DNA from: Phycisphaeraceae bacterium
Lineage (GTDB): Bacteria > Planctomycetota > Phycisphaerae > Phycisphaerales > Zrk34
Direction of reading: 5' to 3'
Length of the DNA: 42,091 bases
NCBI GenBank assembly: GCA_040905565.1
Contig: JBBDRF010000003.1
Coordinates: 1-42,091, forward strand
The notes beneath the pieces are model-generated. The model did no database searches, was not told where the DNA came from, and saw nothing but the letters and a program-made list of their open reading frames with translations. Within the stretch, counting starts at the first letter, position 1; each line of letters starts with the position of its first letter. The position numbers were made by a program, and so were the translations under genes. This document shows, in pieces, positions 22,494 through 34,082 of the stretch.

Positions 22494-22539
22494 GGCGTTG
22501 GAATCTCCGGAGAAAGGAAAGGCCGTACGGAGCGCTTGT

Positions 22540-22569
22540 ACTTTACTGCTGCAAAAAAAACAGTGTCAA
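22540..22569 (-). promoter_or_regulatory. Sigma70-type promoter for the histone-like gene
   Basis: Minus strand TTGACA (22569-64), N18, TAAAGT (22545-40). Confidence 0.6.
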
Positions 22570-22647
22570 CAATATCTTGCTGAAGTGCTGTTATTTTTAT
22601 CGGTTCATTTCGGCGCGTACCTTGAGGATGACGTTTGATCGGTGGGT

Positions 22648-22676
22648 TTGTCGGTGTGCGTGGGAGGTTCTACAAT
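22648..22676 (+). promoter_or_regulatory. Possible sigma70-type promoter for gpmI
   Basis: TTGTCG-N17-TACAAT. Confidence 0.45.
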
Positions 22677-22727
22677 CGTCGTTTCGCTGAATCACCTGCC
22701 TTGTTTTCCCGCTTTTTGGAGCGTGTC

Positions 22728-24356
22728 ATGTCGAACCTGCGTATGCCGATGGTGCTTGTTATTCGTGATGGTTGGGGACGGAATCCGAATGCGGAGCATC
22801 GTGACTTCAACGCGATTGAACTGGCGAAGACACCTTGCGCGGATCAGCTGCTTGCGTCGTATCCGACGACGTTGATCCACACGAGCGGCGAAGACGTGGG
22901 GCTGCCTGAGGGGACGATGGGCAACAGCGAGGTGGGGCATCAGAACCTGGGCGCGGGGCGCGTGGTTTACCAGGAATCAGTGCGTATTACGAAGGCGGCG
23001 CGGGCGGGCGAGTTCTCGAAAAACGATGTGCTGCGTGAAGCGGTGGAGCGTGCGAAGCGTGAAGGCCGAACGGTGCATTTGATGGGGCTGGCGTCGGACG
23101 CGGGGGTGCATGCGCTGCTGGACCATCTGTATGCGTGCCTCGAGCTTTGCCGTGAGCTGGGGCAGGAGAAGGTGGCGATTCACTGTTTCACGGACGGCCG
23201 CGATACGGGGCCGTTCACCGGGAAGGGGCTGATTGAGCAGATTGAAGCGAAGACGCGCGAGCTTGGCGTGGGCGAGGTGGTGAGCATCAGCGGTCGGTAC
23301 TACGCGATGGATCGGGACAATCGGTGGGAGCGTGTGAAGCGTGCGTATGACATGCTGACGGGGCGTGATCCTGAGATGCCGGTGTTCGTGACGGCCGGCG
23401 AAGCGATGCAGCATTACTATGACAACCCGACGAACGATTCGCAGAACGGTGATGAGTTCGTGACGCCTCGCGTGGTGGGTGAGAACGTTGAGGCGACGCG
23501 GATTAAAGACGGCGACACGGTGATTTTCTACAACTACCGGGGCGATCGGCCTCGTGAGATTACGCACGCTTTCGTCGACGATGTGTTTTACGGGCAGGTG
23601 GCCCCTTCGCCTGATACGGGGGAGAAGGGGTTCGATCGGGGCGAGAAGCTTGAGCTTCACTTCGTGACGATGACGGCTTATGAGGAAGCGTTGAACGAGA
23701 AGGTTCACGTGGCGTTCCCGAAGCCTCCGAAGATGGAGGACATTGTGGGGCAGTTTGTTTCGGAGCAGGGGCTGAAGCAGTTCCGATGCGCGGAGACGGA
23801 AAAGTTCCCGCACGTGACGTTCTTCTTTAACGACTATCGCGATGTGCCGTTCGAAGGCGAGGACCGGGCGATTATTCCGAGCCCGAAGGTGGGGACGTAT
23901 GACCTGAAGCCGGAGATGAGCGCGTTTGAGGTGCGTGATGCGGTGCTTGAGGCACTGGATAAGGATTACGCGCTGCTGGTGGTGAACTTCGCGAACGGCG
24001 ACATGGTGGGGCATACGGGGAAGCTGGACGCAGCGATCAAAGCGGTCGAAGCGGTGGACGGATGCGTGGCGGCGATCGTGGAGAAGACGCTCGCCAAGGG
24101 CGGGCAGCTGATTGTGACGGCTGACCACGGCAACGCGGAGCAGATGTACGATCCGATCAACAAGGCAGCGCACACGGCTCATACCACGTATGACGTCGAA
24201 TGCATTCTGGTCGACCCGCGGCTGGAGGGCAGGGACGTCTCGCTGCAGGAGAACGGCCGACTGGCGGATGTGATGCCGACGGCGCTGGCGATGATGGGCC
24301 TGGAGCAGCCGGAGGCGATGACAGGCCGTTCGCTGCTGGGCGGCGTGACGGTTTAA
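22728..24356 (+). CDS. gpmI: 2,3-bisphosphoglycerate-independent phosphoglycerate mutase
   Basis: RDGWG, MGNSEVGH, DGRD, GRYYAMDRDNRW, NYRGDR, AETEKFPHVTFF, DMVGHTG, TADHGN; ATG 22728. Confidence 0.96.
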   Translation: MSNLRMPMVLVIRDGWGRNPNAEHRDFNAIELAKTPCADQLLASYPTTLIHTSGEDVGLPEGTMGNSEVGHQNLGAGRVVYQESVRITKAARAGEFSKNDVLREAVERAKREGRTVHLMGLASDAGVHALLDHLYACLELCRELGQEKVAIHCFTDGRDTGPFTGKGLIEQIEAKTRELGVGEVVSISGRYYAMDRDNRWERVKRAYDMLTGRDPEMPVFVTAGEAMQHYYDNPTNDSQNGDEFVTPRVVGENVEATRIKDGDTVIFYNYRGDRPREITHAFVDDVFYGQVAPSPDTGEKGFDRGEKLELHFVTMTAYEEALNEKVHVAFPKPPKMEDIVGQFVSEQGLKQFRCAETEKFPHVTFFFNDYRDVPFEGEDRAIIPSPKVGTYDLKPEMSAFEVRDAVLEALDKDYALLVVNFANGDMVGHTGKLDAAIKAVEAVDGCVAAIVEKTLAKGGQLIVTADHGNAEQMYDPINKAAHTAHTTYDVECILVDPRLEGRDVSLQENGRLADVMPTALAMMGLEQPEAMTGRSLLGGVTV

Positions 24357-24413
24357 CTGCTGCGGAAAGGAAACAGCTTGCCCGTGAACACAAGCGACTC
24401 TAAACTAGCGGCG

Positions 24414-24689
24414 ATGTCCCACCCAACCGATCAGTTCAAGCCCGGCGTCCGCGTTGAAGTCGTCCAGCAGATCCCCCAGCGGGACGAGGTCTGGACGACC
24501 CGCACACGCGGTACGGTCCTCAAGTACGACCAGGTCAAGACCGGCTCGTGGTACGCCCACGCCAAGGATGACAAGCTTTGGCTGGATCGGCTGACGCTGC
24601 GGCTGGACGATGGCGAGATCATCGAGCTGAACCTCGACAACTATTCGCACGTTGAGATTGTCGAGAACGGGGCGGCTGCGAGCGAGTAA
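24414..24689 (+). CDS. Small hypothetical protein, possibly SH3-like beta barrel
   Basis: 91 aa with natural composition (FKPGVRVEVVQQI...WLDRLTLRLDDGE); ATG 24414. Confidence 0.65.
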   Translation: MSHPTDQFKPGVRVEVVQQIPQRDEVWTTRTRGTVLKYDQVKTGSWYAHAKDDKLWLDRLTLRLDDGEIIELNLDNYSHVEIVENGAAASE

Positions 24690-24750
24690 CCCCCCCCACC
24701 TTGTCCCGTTGTTTATTTTGGGGATCCTTCGTTCCCCTAAGGTCGGAAGC

Positions 24751-24776
24751 GGCGATCTGCGATCGCCCGCTAACGG
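24751..24776 (-). repeat. Family C repeat overlapping the queG stop codon
   Basis: Exact reverse complement of 15611-15636. Confidence 0.8.
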
Positions 24777-25882
24777 TTTGCGCTGAGCGTTTTGAGGATT
24801 TGCTCGGCGGTTTGTTTGACGAGGGGGGGCTCGTCATCGGTGGTGGCGATGGCTTTGATGCGGGCGAGCAGGGCGGGATCGTCAGACCGGCGTAGGTAGT
24901 TGGCGGCGACGAGCAGGGCGTTGCGCTTCATCTGATCGAGCTTGGCGCGTTTCATGGCGGAGCGGGTGAACGCTTCACGTCGGGCGGCTTCGTCCCAGCC
25001 CAGCACATCAAGCACATCAAGGCGGCTGGGCCGAGCGGCGTAGGGATCGGGCGGCGTGTGGGGGATGGCGGCTCCGGCGTTTTCCAGACGATGCAGGCGG
25101 CTGGGTTGGTTGTAGGGGCAGACGTCCTGGCAGACATCGCAGCCGAAGAGGTGGTCGCCCAGCGGTTCGTGGAGGTCGGGGGCGATGCTCTCGCGATGCT
25201 CGATGGTGAGGTAGCTGACGCAGCGGGAAGCGTCGATTTCGTAGGGCGTGATGCACTGGGTGGGGCAGGCGTCGATGCAGCGGGTGCATGAGCCGCAGTG
25301 GTCGGATTCGATGGTGTCGGGGGGGAGGTCGAGCGTGGTGAGCAGTTCGCCGAGCATCAGGTGCGAGCCCAGCTGGGGGTGGATGAGCATGGTGTTCTTG
25401 CCGACCCAGCCGAGGCCGGCGCGGGCGGCATGTTCACGTTCGAGGACGGGGGCGGTATCGACGCAGGCGCGGAAGTGTTCATCCGGGGCGAGGGCTTGGA
25501 GGTCGTCGGCCAGCCGATGCAAACGCTTTTTGATGATGCGATGGTAGTCGTCGTACTGGGCGTACCGGGCAACCCCCCCCACCTTGTCCGACTGTTGTTC
25601 GGGCGTCTCACCGACTTGGTGGGGCGATCTATCGTGCGTCGGGGGCAGATAGTCGGCGACGCTGATGACGGTGCGGGCGCCGGGGAGCAGGGCCTGGGGG
25701 GAGAGGCGGAGTTCGAGGTTTTTCTCGAGGTACGCCATGGAGCCGTGACGGCCGGCGGCGAGCCAGCGGCGGACATGGTCGGCGTGTTCGGAGGCGATCG
25801 CGGGGGCGATGCCGCTGAGCGTGAAGCCGAGGTCGGCGGCCCGTCGTTTAACTTCTTCTGCGGTTATTGCGAGGCCCGCCAT
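24770..25882 (-). CDS. queG: Epoxyqueuosine reductase
   Basis: ARYA..DYH, CVDTAPVLER, AGLGWVGKN, CGSCTRCIDACPT, FGCDVCQDVCP; adjacent to queD. Confidence 0.93.
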   Translation of the reverse strand: MAGLAITAEEVKRRAADLGFTLSGIAPAIASEHADHVRRWLAAGRHGSMAYLEKNLELRLSPQALLPGARTVISVADYLPPTHDRSPHQVGETPEQQSDKVGGVARYAQYDDYHRIIKKRLHRLADDLQALAPDEHFRACVDTAPVLEREHAARAGLGWVGKNTMLIHPQLGSHLMLGELLTTLDLPPDTIESDHCGSCTRCIDACPTQCITPYEIDASRCVSYLTIEHRESIAPDLHEPLGDHLFGCDVCQDVCPYNQPSRLHRLENAGAAIPHTPPDPYAARPSRLDVLDVLGWDEAARREAFTRSAMKRAKLDQMKRNALLVAANYLRRSDDPALLARIKAIATTDDEPPLVKQTAEQILKTLSANR

Positions 25883-25895
25883 GATGCTCCCTGGA

Positions 25896-26255
25896 TCAGC
25901 CGGCGTATTCGCAGGTGGAGGTGCAGGTTTCGTGCACGCGGACGAGGTGCAGCAACGGCAGGGCGGGCTTGAGGCGATCGAAAATCCAACGCGCCAGCAT
26001 CTCAGCGGTCGGATTGCTCAGCCCGGGCAGATCGTTAAGCAGGTAGTGATCGAGTTGATCGCGGACGGGGGCGATGGCAGCACCGATCTCGCCGTAGTCC
26101 TGAAGGTAGCCTTTTGCGGGGTCGACTTCACCTTTGACGACGACGTCGATGTGGAACGAATGGCCGTGCAGCCGGCGGCACTTGTGGCCCTCGGGGAAGG
26201 TGGGCAGGAAGTGGGCGGCTTCGAAACGAAATGACTTGCTGAGCGTGACGATCAT
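25896..26255 (-). CDS. queD: 6-carboxytetrahydropterin synthase
   Basis: FRFEAAHFL, CRRLHGHSF, LDHYLLND, NPTAE, HET. Confidence 0.93.
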   Translation of the reverse strand: MIVTLSKSFRFEAAHFLPTFPEGHKCRRLHGHSFHIDVVVKGEVDPAKGYLQDYGEIGAAIAPVRDQLDHYLLNDLPGLSNPTAEMLARWIFDRLKPALPLLHLVRVHETCTSTCEYAG

Positions 26256-26329
26256 GAGGTTGCGTGACTTCTGCTGGCTGATTCGTGGGAGGTATTGTAG
26301 GCGTGGGTTGGGGGGGCGTGATGGGGGGG

Positions 26330-26344
26330 GCGATCGCCCGCTAA

Positions 26345-26345
<1 letters not shown>
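26330..26345 (-). repeat. Partial family C repeat at the nadB stop
   Basis: GCGATCGCCCGCTAAC. Confidence 0.6.
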
Positions 26346-28030
<1,685 letters not shown>

Positions 28031-28087
28031 GCGAGGATTTTACGGGAGATCGCCGGTGATGGCGAAGGGTTCCCCCTACCTCCCAAC

Positions 28088-28112
28088 GGCGAGCTGCGAT
28101 CGCCCGCTGACG
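28088..28112 (-). repeat. Family C repeat abutting the methyltransferase stop
   Basis: GGCGAGCTGCGATCGCCCGCTGACG. Confidence 0.7.
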
Positions 28113-28976
28113 TCAGGCTGTGAGGGTGAACTGGACGATGTCGATGTGGCCGCTGCGGAAGTGGGCCGCGCAGCCGGTGAGGTACTTCATATAGATGTCG
28201 TAGGTCTGCTGATCGGTCAGGGCGATGGCCTGGTCGCGCTCGGCTTCAAGCTTCTCGGCCCATAGATCCAGCGTGCGGGCATAATGAAGTTGCAGCGACT
28301 GTGTGCGGGCGACGTTAAAGCCCGCCTGCTGTGCGTGATGTTCGATGACGGCGGGTGAGCAGAGTTGGCCGCCTGGGAAGATGTGCTTGCCGATGAACTT
28401 CGCGAAGAGGACGTGCTCGTGGTCGACGGCGATGCCCTTCTCTGCCAGCGTGTGACGGTCGGGCATGACGATGGTGTGCAGCATCATGCGGCCGTCGGCG
28501 GGGAGCAGGGCGTGACACTTCTCGAAAAATGCTGGGTAGCGGGCCATGCGGAAGTGCTCGAACGCGCCGATGGAGACGATGCGGTCGGCCGGTTCGTCGA
28601 ACTCTTCCCAGCCCTGCAGCCGAACCTCGACGCGGCCGGCGTCGGAGGGCAGTTCCGCAAGCGACTGCTGAACGTGCGCGTGCTGATGGCGGGAGAGCGT
28701 GAGGCCGATGCCGTTGACCTTGTGTTGCGTGGCGGCCCGGCGAAGGGTGGCCCCCCAGCCGCAGCCGATGTCCAGCAGCGTCTGGCCGGGCTTGAGATCA
28801 CACTTGCCGAGCGAGAGGTCGATCTTGGCCTGCTGCGCCTCGGCGAGCGTCATGTCCTCGCGCTCGAAGTAGGCACAGGAGTAGGTCATGGAGGGATCGA
28901 GGAAGAGCGCGAAGAAGTCGTCGCTCAGATCGTAGTGGGCCTGCACCTGCTCGTAGAACGGCTTGAAACGTGTCAT
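28113..28976 (-). CDS. SAM-dependent cyclopropane fatty-acid/mycolic-acid synthase family methyltransferase
   Basis: VQAHYDLSDDFFALFLDPSMTYSCAYF, LDIGCGWG, DRIVSIGAFEH, IFPGG, HYARTLDLW. Confidence 0.9.
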   Translation of the reverse strand: MTRFKPFYEQVQAHYDLSDDFFALFLDPSMTYSCAYFEREDMTLAEAQQAKIDLSLGKCDLKPGQTLLDIGCGWGATLRRAATQHKVNGIGLTLSRHQHAHVQQSLAELPSDAGRVEVRLQGWEEFDEPADRIVSIGAFEHFRMARYPAFFEKCHALLPADGRMMLHTIVMPDRHTLAEKGIAVDHEHVLFAKFIGKHIFPGGQLCSPAVIEHHAQQAGFNVARTQSLQLHYARTLDLWAEKLEAERDQAIALTDQQTYDIYMKYLTGCAAHFRSGHIDIVQFTLTA

Positions 28977-29202
28977 GAGCTATGTCCCCTGCGTCGTAGG
29001 AAGTTTAGAACCCGCATCATCATGATCCAGCCACGATCTGGCAAGGCCATCGCGATCAATGGCCGCGAGGCTTCGTCTCGCAGGTCGATCAGCGGGAACA
29101 GGGCGACAGCGCGCTGCGGGATGTGAGGCTTTGCGTTATCATTCGAATCGCTCGGGGCCCTCCCTCGCACGCGAAATCATCAGAGGCTGGATTATCGTGA
29201 TC

Positions 29203-30537
29203 ATGACGCACAAAAAGCTATCTCTCCGGGTTGTTCTGGTCGTGCTGGGGATGTTGGGCGTAACGCTCGGCGGCTGCGCGACGACGTCGCCGACTCCGAC
29301 GCCCGAGGCGCTCGACGTGGAGCCGAAGCAGGCGTTCATCGGGGGGGAGCGGGTGCTCATTCTCGGTGATTCGATCTCGCAGAACGGCCAGTACGTGCAC
29401 TACCTTGACGGCTACCTGCAGACGCGGTTCCCGGAGGACCGCATCGAACTCATCAACGTGGGCCTGAGTAGCGAAACCGCTTCGGGCCTGTCGGAACCGA
29501 ACCATCCGGGGCGGCGGCCGCACGTGCACGATCGGGTGGATACGGCGTTGCGGACGGCGCAGCCGGACGTGGTGATGGTGATGTACGGCATGAACGACGG
29601 GATCTACATGCCCTTCGATCCCGAGCGTTTCGCCGCCTACCGGGCGGGGATGCGGCACGTGATTGATCGCATTGAGCAGGCCGGCGCGAGGCCGATTCTG
29701 CTTACGCCCCCGCCTTTTGATCCCCTGCCGATTGTTGACAAGGTGGCCCCGGTGGAGGCTGAGAAGCACGGGTATCAGGCTCCTTATGCCGGGTACGACT
29801 ATGTGCTGGCGCACTACGGTGATTGGCTGCTGGGCCTGCGGGAAGAGGGGTATGAGGTGGTGAACGTCGGCGACGTAAGCCGGGCTCATGTGCTCGATCG
29901 CAATGCGGTGGAGCCGGGTTATACGCTGGCACCGGACGGGGTTCATCCCAACGCGTTCGGGCACTGGATGATCACGCAGGCGATTCTGGATGATCTGGAC
30001 CTGCCGGGCGACGTGGACGTGGTGGAGATCGATGTGGCCCGAGCGGATGCGCCGCTGCATGTGCGCGATCTTCAGACGACAGGCGACGGGATCGTGAGCT
30101 TCGCGTGGATCAGCAAGGTGCCCATGCCGATGGATGACCGGTGGTCTGCTGAGTTGGTCGCACAGGAGCGGGTTGCCGAGCGGTTTAATCGTCATCGGCT
30201 GCACGTGGTGAATGTGCCCGCCCCGGAGTATGAGCTTTACGAAGGCGAGCAGCTGCTGGGGGTGGTGACGCGTGAGCAGCTGACGGCGGGTGTGGACATG
30301 CTGCAATTCGAGGCGTTGACGACGAACCGTCACGCTGCGGAGATGATGCCGTTGCTTCAGGAGCGTCAGCAGATGCTTTCGCAGGCGTGGCGGGAGCGGG
30401 TGGGGCCGCCTGAGGGCGAGGCGACGACGCTTCGGGCGGTGCAGGCGGAGGCGGGGAAAATCGAACGCAGGCTTCACGACCTGGCGCAGCCGGTGACGTT
30501 GAATCTGAGGCTCGTGCCCAACGGCGAAGACGACTGA
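29203..30537 (+). CDS. SGNH/GDSL hydrolase lipoprotein
   Basis: Lipobox LGGC; blocks GDSIS, G, GMND and DGVHP; ATG 29203. Confidence 0.85.
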   Translation: MTHKKLSLRVVLVVLGMLGVTLGGCATTSPTPTPEALDVEPKQAFIGGERVLILGDSISQNGQYVHYLDGYLQTRFPEDRIELINVGLSSETASGLSEPNHPGRRPHVHDRVDTALRTAQPDVVMVMYGMNDGIYMPFDPERFAAYRAGMRHVIDRIEQAGARPILLTPPPFDPLPIVDKVAPVEAEKHGYQAPYAGYDYVLAHYGDWLLGLREEGYEVVNVGDVSRAHVLDRNAVEPGYTLAPDGVHPNAFGHWMITQAILDDLDLPGDVDVVEIDVARADAPLHVRDLQTTGDGIVSFAWISKVPMPMDDRWSAELVAQERVAERFNRHRLHVVNVPAPEYELYEGEQLLGVVTREQLTAGVDMLQFEALTTNRHAAEMMPLLQERQQMLSQAWRERVGPPEGEATTLRAVQAEAGKIERRLHDLAQPVTLNLRLVPNGEDD

Positions 30538-30630
30538 ATATCCATAAAACGCGGTGGTACGGGGACACAACCAGATGCGGCTGAACTGCCAACAGTGGCG
30601 GTTTGGCTATTCCTAAGGAAGGACAGCGCG

Positions 30631-33600
30631 ATGAGAGACGGTTACCGGGTGAAGCTAGTGGGCATCTTCTGTGCCATGATTTTTGTGATGCACGTGATGC
30701 CGAACGCAGCACAGGCGCAGAGTGTCTGGACGGGGCAGAGCGGGGACGACAGCCTGTGGTCTAACGACGACAACTGGGACGCAGCTGCGCCCGATCCGAA
30801 TAACACCGGCAGCCTGACCTTCTCGGACAGTCCGCTGCTCGGGCCCGTGGCCGACGGCCAGCCGTGGGAGGGCATCGTGACGCTGCTGTTCGACAATGAC
30901 GCGGAGGCGTTCAACATCAGCGGCGAAACGTTGGTCTTCAACGACGGCGAAATCGTGAACGACTCCGGCGAGCTTCAGATCTTCTCCAACAATATCACCG
31001 CCGGCGGCACGACGTTCACGCTCGACAGCGGCACTCAGACGCTGCAATTCGACGGTACGCTTGAACTGGGCACCGGCCTGACGATGACCGCCACCGGCAC
31101 CGGCACGACGGAGCTGAACGATACCGTCACCGGCGACGGCGACATCTTCCTCGACGATGCCGCGACCCTCACGCTCAATGCGGCGAACACCTACACAGGC
31201 GGCACCACGATCGGCCCGGACAGCACGCTGATCCTCGGCGACGACGATAGCCTCGGCACCGGCGACCTCACCGTCGCCGGCACCGGCACGGCTTCACTCC
31301 AGGGCGAAGCGGAGGTGGAGCTTGTCAACATCGCCAACAACGTCAACATCGGCACGGACTCACTGCTGCAGCTCAACGGCGACGCGGCCATCGTGCTCGA
31401 CGGCGATGTGACCGGCGACGGCGGGCTGATCGCTGACACCTCCGTCATCCTTCGCGGTGACAATACCTATGTCGGCGGCACCGAACTGCTCGCCGACAGC
31501 GTCGTCATCGCAGGCTCGGAAACGGCCTTCGGCACGGGCACAATTCAAGTGACCGGCTCGTCAGTGATCGCAGCGGATCTCGTAGATGGCGAAGCGGTCG
31601 ACGCTCGCACCATCGCCAACGATGTCGCCATCGACGCGGACGAAACGCTCGGCCTCGTCGGCGAAACCTCCATGATCCTCGACGGTGTGATCAGCGGCGA
31701 CGGCGGGCTGATCGTCGAATTCACCGTGCAGGAAGAAGACGAGGAAGAAGAGCTCGAAGAGATCAACCCCGTCCTCACCCTCAACCAGGCGAACACCTAC
31801 ACCGGCGGCACGCTGCTCCGCTCCGGCACTGTCGAACTCGGCGACGACGCAGCCTTCTCCACCGGCGATGTCACCGTCAACGGCCTGATCAACCTTGACA
31901 CCGACGACAATCGCGTGATCGCCAACAACCTCGTCATCCTCGGCGAGGACGACGGCGAAGATAACGACAGCATCCTCGTGGTCGCTGGCGAACATGATTA
32001 CGAGTTCACCGGCGCGTTCGAAGGCTCCGGCGACATCGACTTCCGCCTCGACGATAGCACCGCCACGCTCACCGGCAATAGTGAAAACTTCGCCGGCCTG
32101 ACCCGCGTTTTCGACGGCACCACCGTCCAGCTCGACGGCACCCACGGCGGCGACCTGCACAGCGAAGCGATCATCCAGGGTGAAGGCACCGTGACCGGCG
32201 AGCTGCGTAACTTCAACGGCGGCGTCGTCGCGCCCGGCAACTCGATCGGCACCATGAATGTACAGGGCGATTACACGCAGCTGGCGGGCTCGACACTTGA
32301 AGTGGAGATCGACGTCAATGCCGGAACGGCCGATCTGCTGATCGTCGGCGGCGACGTGCAACTTGCTGCCAACAGCACCATCGACGTGACCCGCCTCGAC
32401 GCCACGCCCCTGACGCTCGGCGACACGTTCGACATCATCCAGGCTGAGGGCACGATCGTCGATGACGGCGTGGATATCGTCGACGACGGCAGCGAAGTGC
32501 TGCTTCGTCTCATCGGCCAGATCACGCAAAGCGGCAGCGACCAACTTTACCAGCTTGTGGCTTCGTCGCAGGTGTTCGACTTCGACGCCGAAGGCAGCAA
32601 CAACCTCGCGGTGGCGTCGGGGCTGAACTCACTGAACGTGGCTGGGGCGAGCACGCCGGTGCAGCAGTTCCTTGCGGACATGATCGCGATCGGCGACGCC
32701 GCGGCTTACAACCAGGCGCTCGAAGACCTCTCGCCCGGGGCGTATCAGGCCGTCGATCTGGTCGCCATTGACAACGCGCACATCTACACGAGCAACGTCC
32801 GCGACTACCTCTCCGCTCGCAGGCGGGGCGGGCCAATCATGGCGGGGCTGGCGATGAGCCAGGCGTCGCCGGTGGGGGCGTCGCTTGATGAGCCGAACCG
32901 CGATCAGCGTCGTCTTTCGCTGATGCTTGACGAACAGGGCGAACGTGACGCCGGTACCGGCCGAGGCACCCCGCGCCGCATCGCCGGCGAGCGTGTGGGC
33001 CGCGGCGGACAGCGCGGCGGCTTCGGCGAAGATCGTGACTGGGGCGTGTTCGGACAGGCCGTCGGCGGCATCCATGATGCCAGCAGCGACACCTACCGCT
33101 CCGGCCACAGCGCCCGCGTCTTCGGCGGACAGTTCGGCGTCGATCGCAACCTCGACGATCAGCTCACGCTCGGCCTCGGCTTCTCCTACCTCCGCAGCGA
33201 CGTCGACCTCAACGGCAACCGCGGCGAGTTCGAAGGCGACACCTTCCGCGTCGGCCCCTATCTCGGCTGGACCGACGCCCGCAACAAATGGTTCATCGAT
33301 GCCTCCCTCACCTACGGCTTCCACGATATCGACAGCGAACGCTATATCCCCGAGCAGGACGCAACCGCCTCGGGCAGCTTTAACGCTCATGAGGTGCTGT
33401 TCTATGCCGGCACGGGCTATCCCATCAACATGAACGGCTTCACGCTCACGCCTCGCGCGTCGCTTCAGTACCTCTACCTCGAGCACGACGGCTTCACCGA
33501 AAGTGGTGCCGGTGCGGCCGATTTGCAGGTGCACAGCCGTGACGCCCAGTCGCTTCGCACACGCCTTGGCGCGAGCATCGGCCGGTACTTCCATGCGGGC

Positions 33601-33861
33601 ACGGTTGTGGTTCAGCCCGAGCTGTTCCTCGGCTGGGAGTACGAAGCGCTCGGCGATGATGACCTCACCGCCAACTTCGCAGCGGGCGGCGATGCGTTCA
33701 GCGTGACCCCCTCGGCTCCCGGTCGCAACGCCGCGGCACTGGCGGCCTCGGTGAACTTCCTGTTCGATGAACGGCTCTCCGCCTTCTTCCGCTACGAAGG
33801 ACGCCTCTCGGGCGACAACGACAGCCACGGCCTCGGCGCCGGCTTCTCGCTGCGGTTCTAA
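30631..33861 (+). CDS. Autotransporter (type Va) with acidic beta-helical passenger
   Basis: Signal peptide (AQA-Q), three NTY(T/V)GGT repeats, VAPGNSIGTMNVQGDYTQ, C-terminal barrel ending GFSLRF; RBS AAGGAAGG. Confidence 0.9.
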   Translation: MRDGYRVKLVGIFCAMIFVMHVMPNAAQAQSVWTGQSGDDSLWSNDDNWDAAAPDPNNTGSLTFSDSPLLGPVADGQPWEGIVTLLFDNDAEAFNISGETLVFNDGEIVNDSGELQIFSNNITAGGTTFTLDSGTQTLQFDGTLELGTGLTMTATGTGTTELNDTVTGDGDIFLDDAATLTLNAANTYTGGTTIGPDSTLILGDDDSLGTGDLTVAGTGTASLQGEAEVELVNIANNVNIGTDSLLQLNGDAAIVLDGDVTGDGGLIADTSVILRGDNTYVGGTELLADSVVIAGSETAFGTGTIQVTGSSVIAADLVDGEAVDARTIANDVAIDADETLGLVGETSMILDGVISGDGGLIVEFTVQEEDEEEELEEINPVLTLNQANTYTGGTLLRSGTVELGDDAAFSTGDVTVNGLINLDTDDNRVIANNLVILGEDDGEDNDSILVVAGEHDYEFTGAFEGSGDIDFRLDDSTATLTGNSENFAGLTRVFDGTTVQLDGTHGGDLHSEAIIQGEGTVTGELRNFNGGVVAPGNSIGTMNVQGDYTQLAGSTLEVEIDVNAGTADLLIVGGDVQLAANSTIDVTRLDATPLTLGDTFDIIQAEGTIVDDGVDIVDDGSEVLLRLIGQITQSGSDQLYQLVASSQVFDFDAEGSNNLAVASGLNSLNVAGASTPVQQFLADMIAIGDAAAYNQALEDLSPGAYQAVDLVAIDNAHIYTSNVRDYLSARRRGGPIMAGLAMSQASPVGASLDEPNRDQRRLSLMLDEQGERDAGTGRGTPRRIAGERVGRGGQRGGFGEDRDWGVFGQAVGGIHDASSDTYRSGHSARVFGGQFGVDRNLDDQLTLGLGFSYLRSDVDLNGNRGEFEGDTFRVGPYLGWTDARNKWFIDASLTYGFHDIDSERYIPEQDATASGSFNAHEVLFYAGTGYPINMNGFTLTPRASLQYLYLEHDGFTESGAGAADLQVHSRDAQSLRTRLGASIGRYFHAGTVVVQPELFLGWEYEALGDDDLTANFAAGGDAFSVTPSAPGRNAAALAASVNFLFDERLSAFFRYEGRLSGDNDSHGLGAGFSLRF

Positions 33862-33916
33862 AGCGGCGACGGGTGCGGACGCCAGTGGCACGCTGTCACG
33901 TGCGCAAAAGCTTGAT

Positions 33917-33944
33917 GCACAACCGCTCCCTTTCGGTTGCGGCT
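33917..33944 (-). repeat. Family A REP variant
   Basis: GCACAACCGCTCCCTTTCGGTTGCGGCT; the first 16 nt are identical to the IS110 left flank at 19529-19544. Confidence 0.75.
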
Positions 33945-34082
33945 TTTCATGAGCTTTCACGCCTTGGACGGAAGGCGCGAGCTTGCGCAAAACTCAATAA
34001 TACCCGTGTTCGGACCTCCACCCGCGTGCTATCATCGGGTAGCGGACCTGCGATTTGCTCACCGCTTCCCGTCGGAGCTGGC

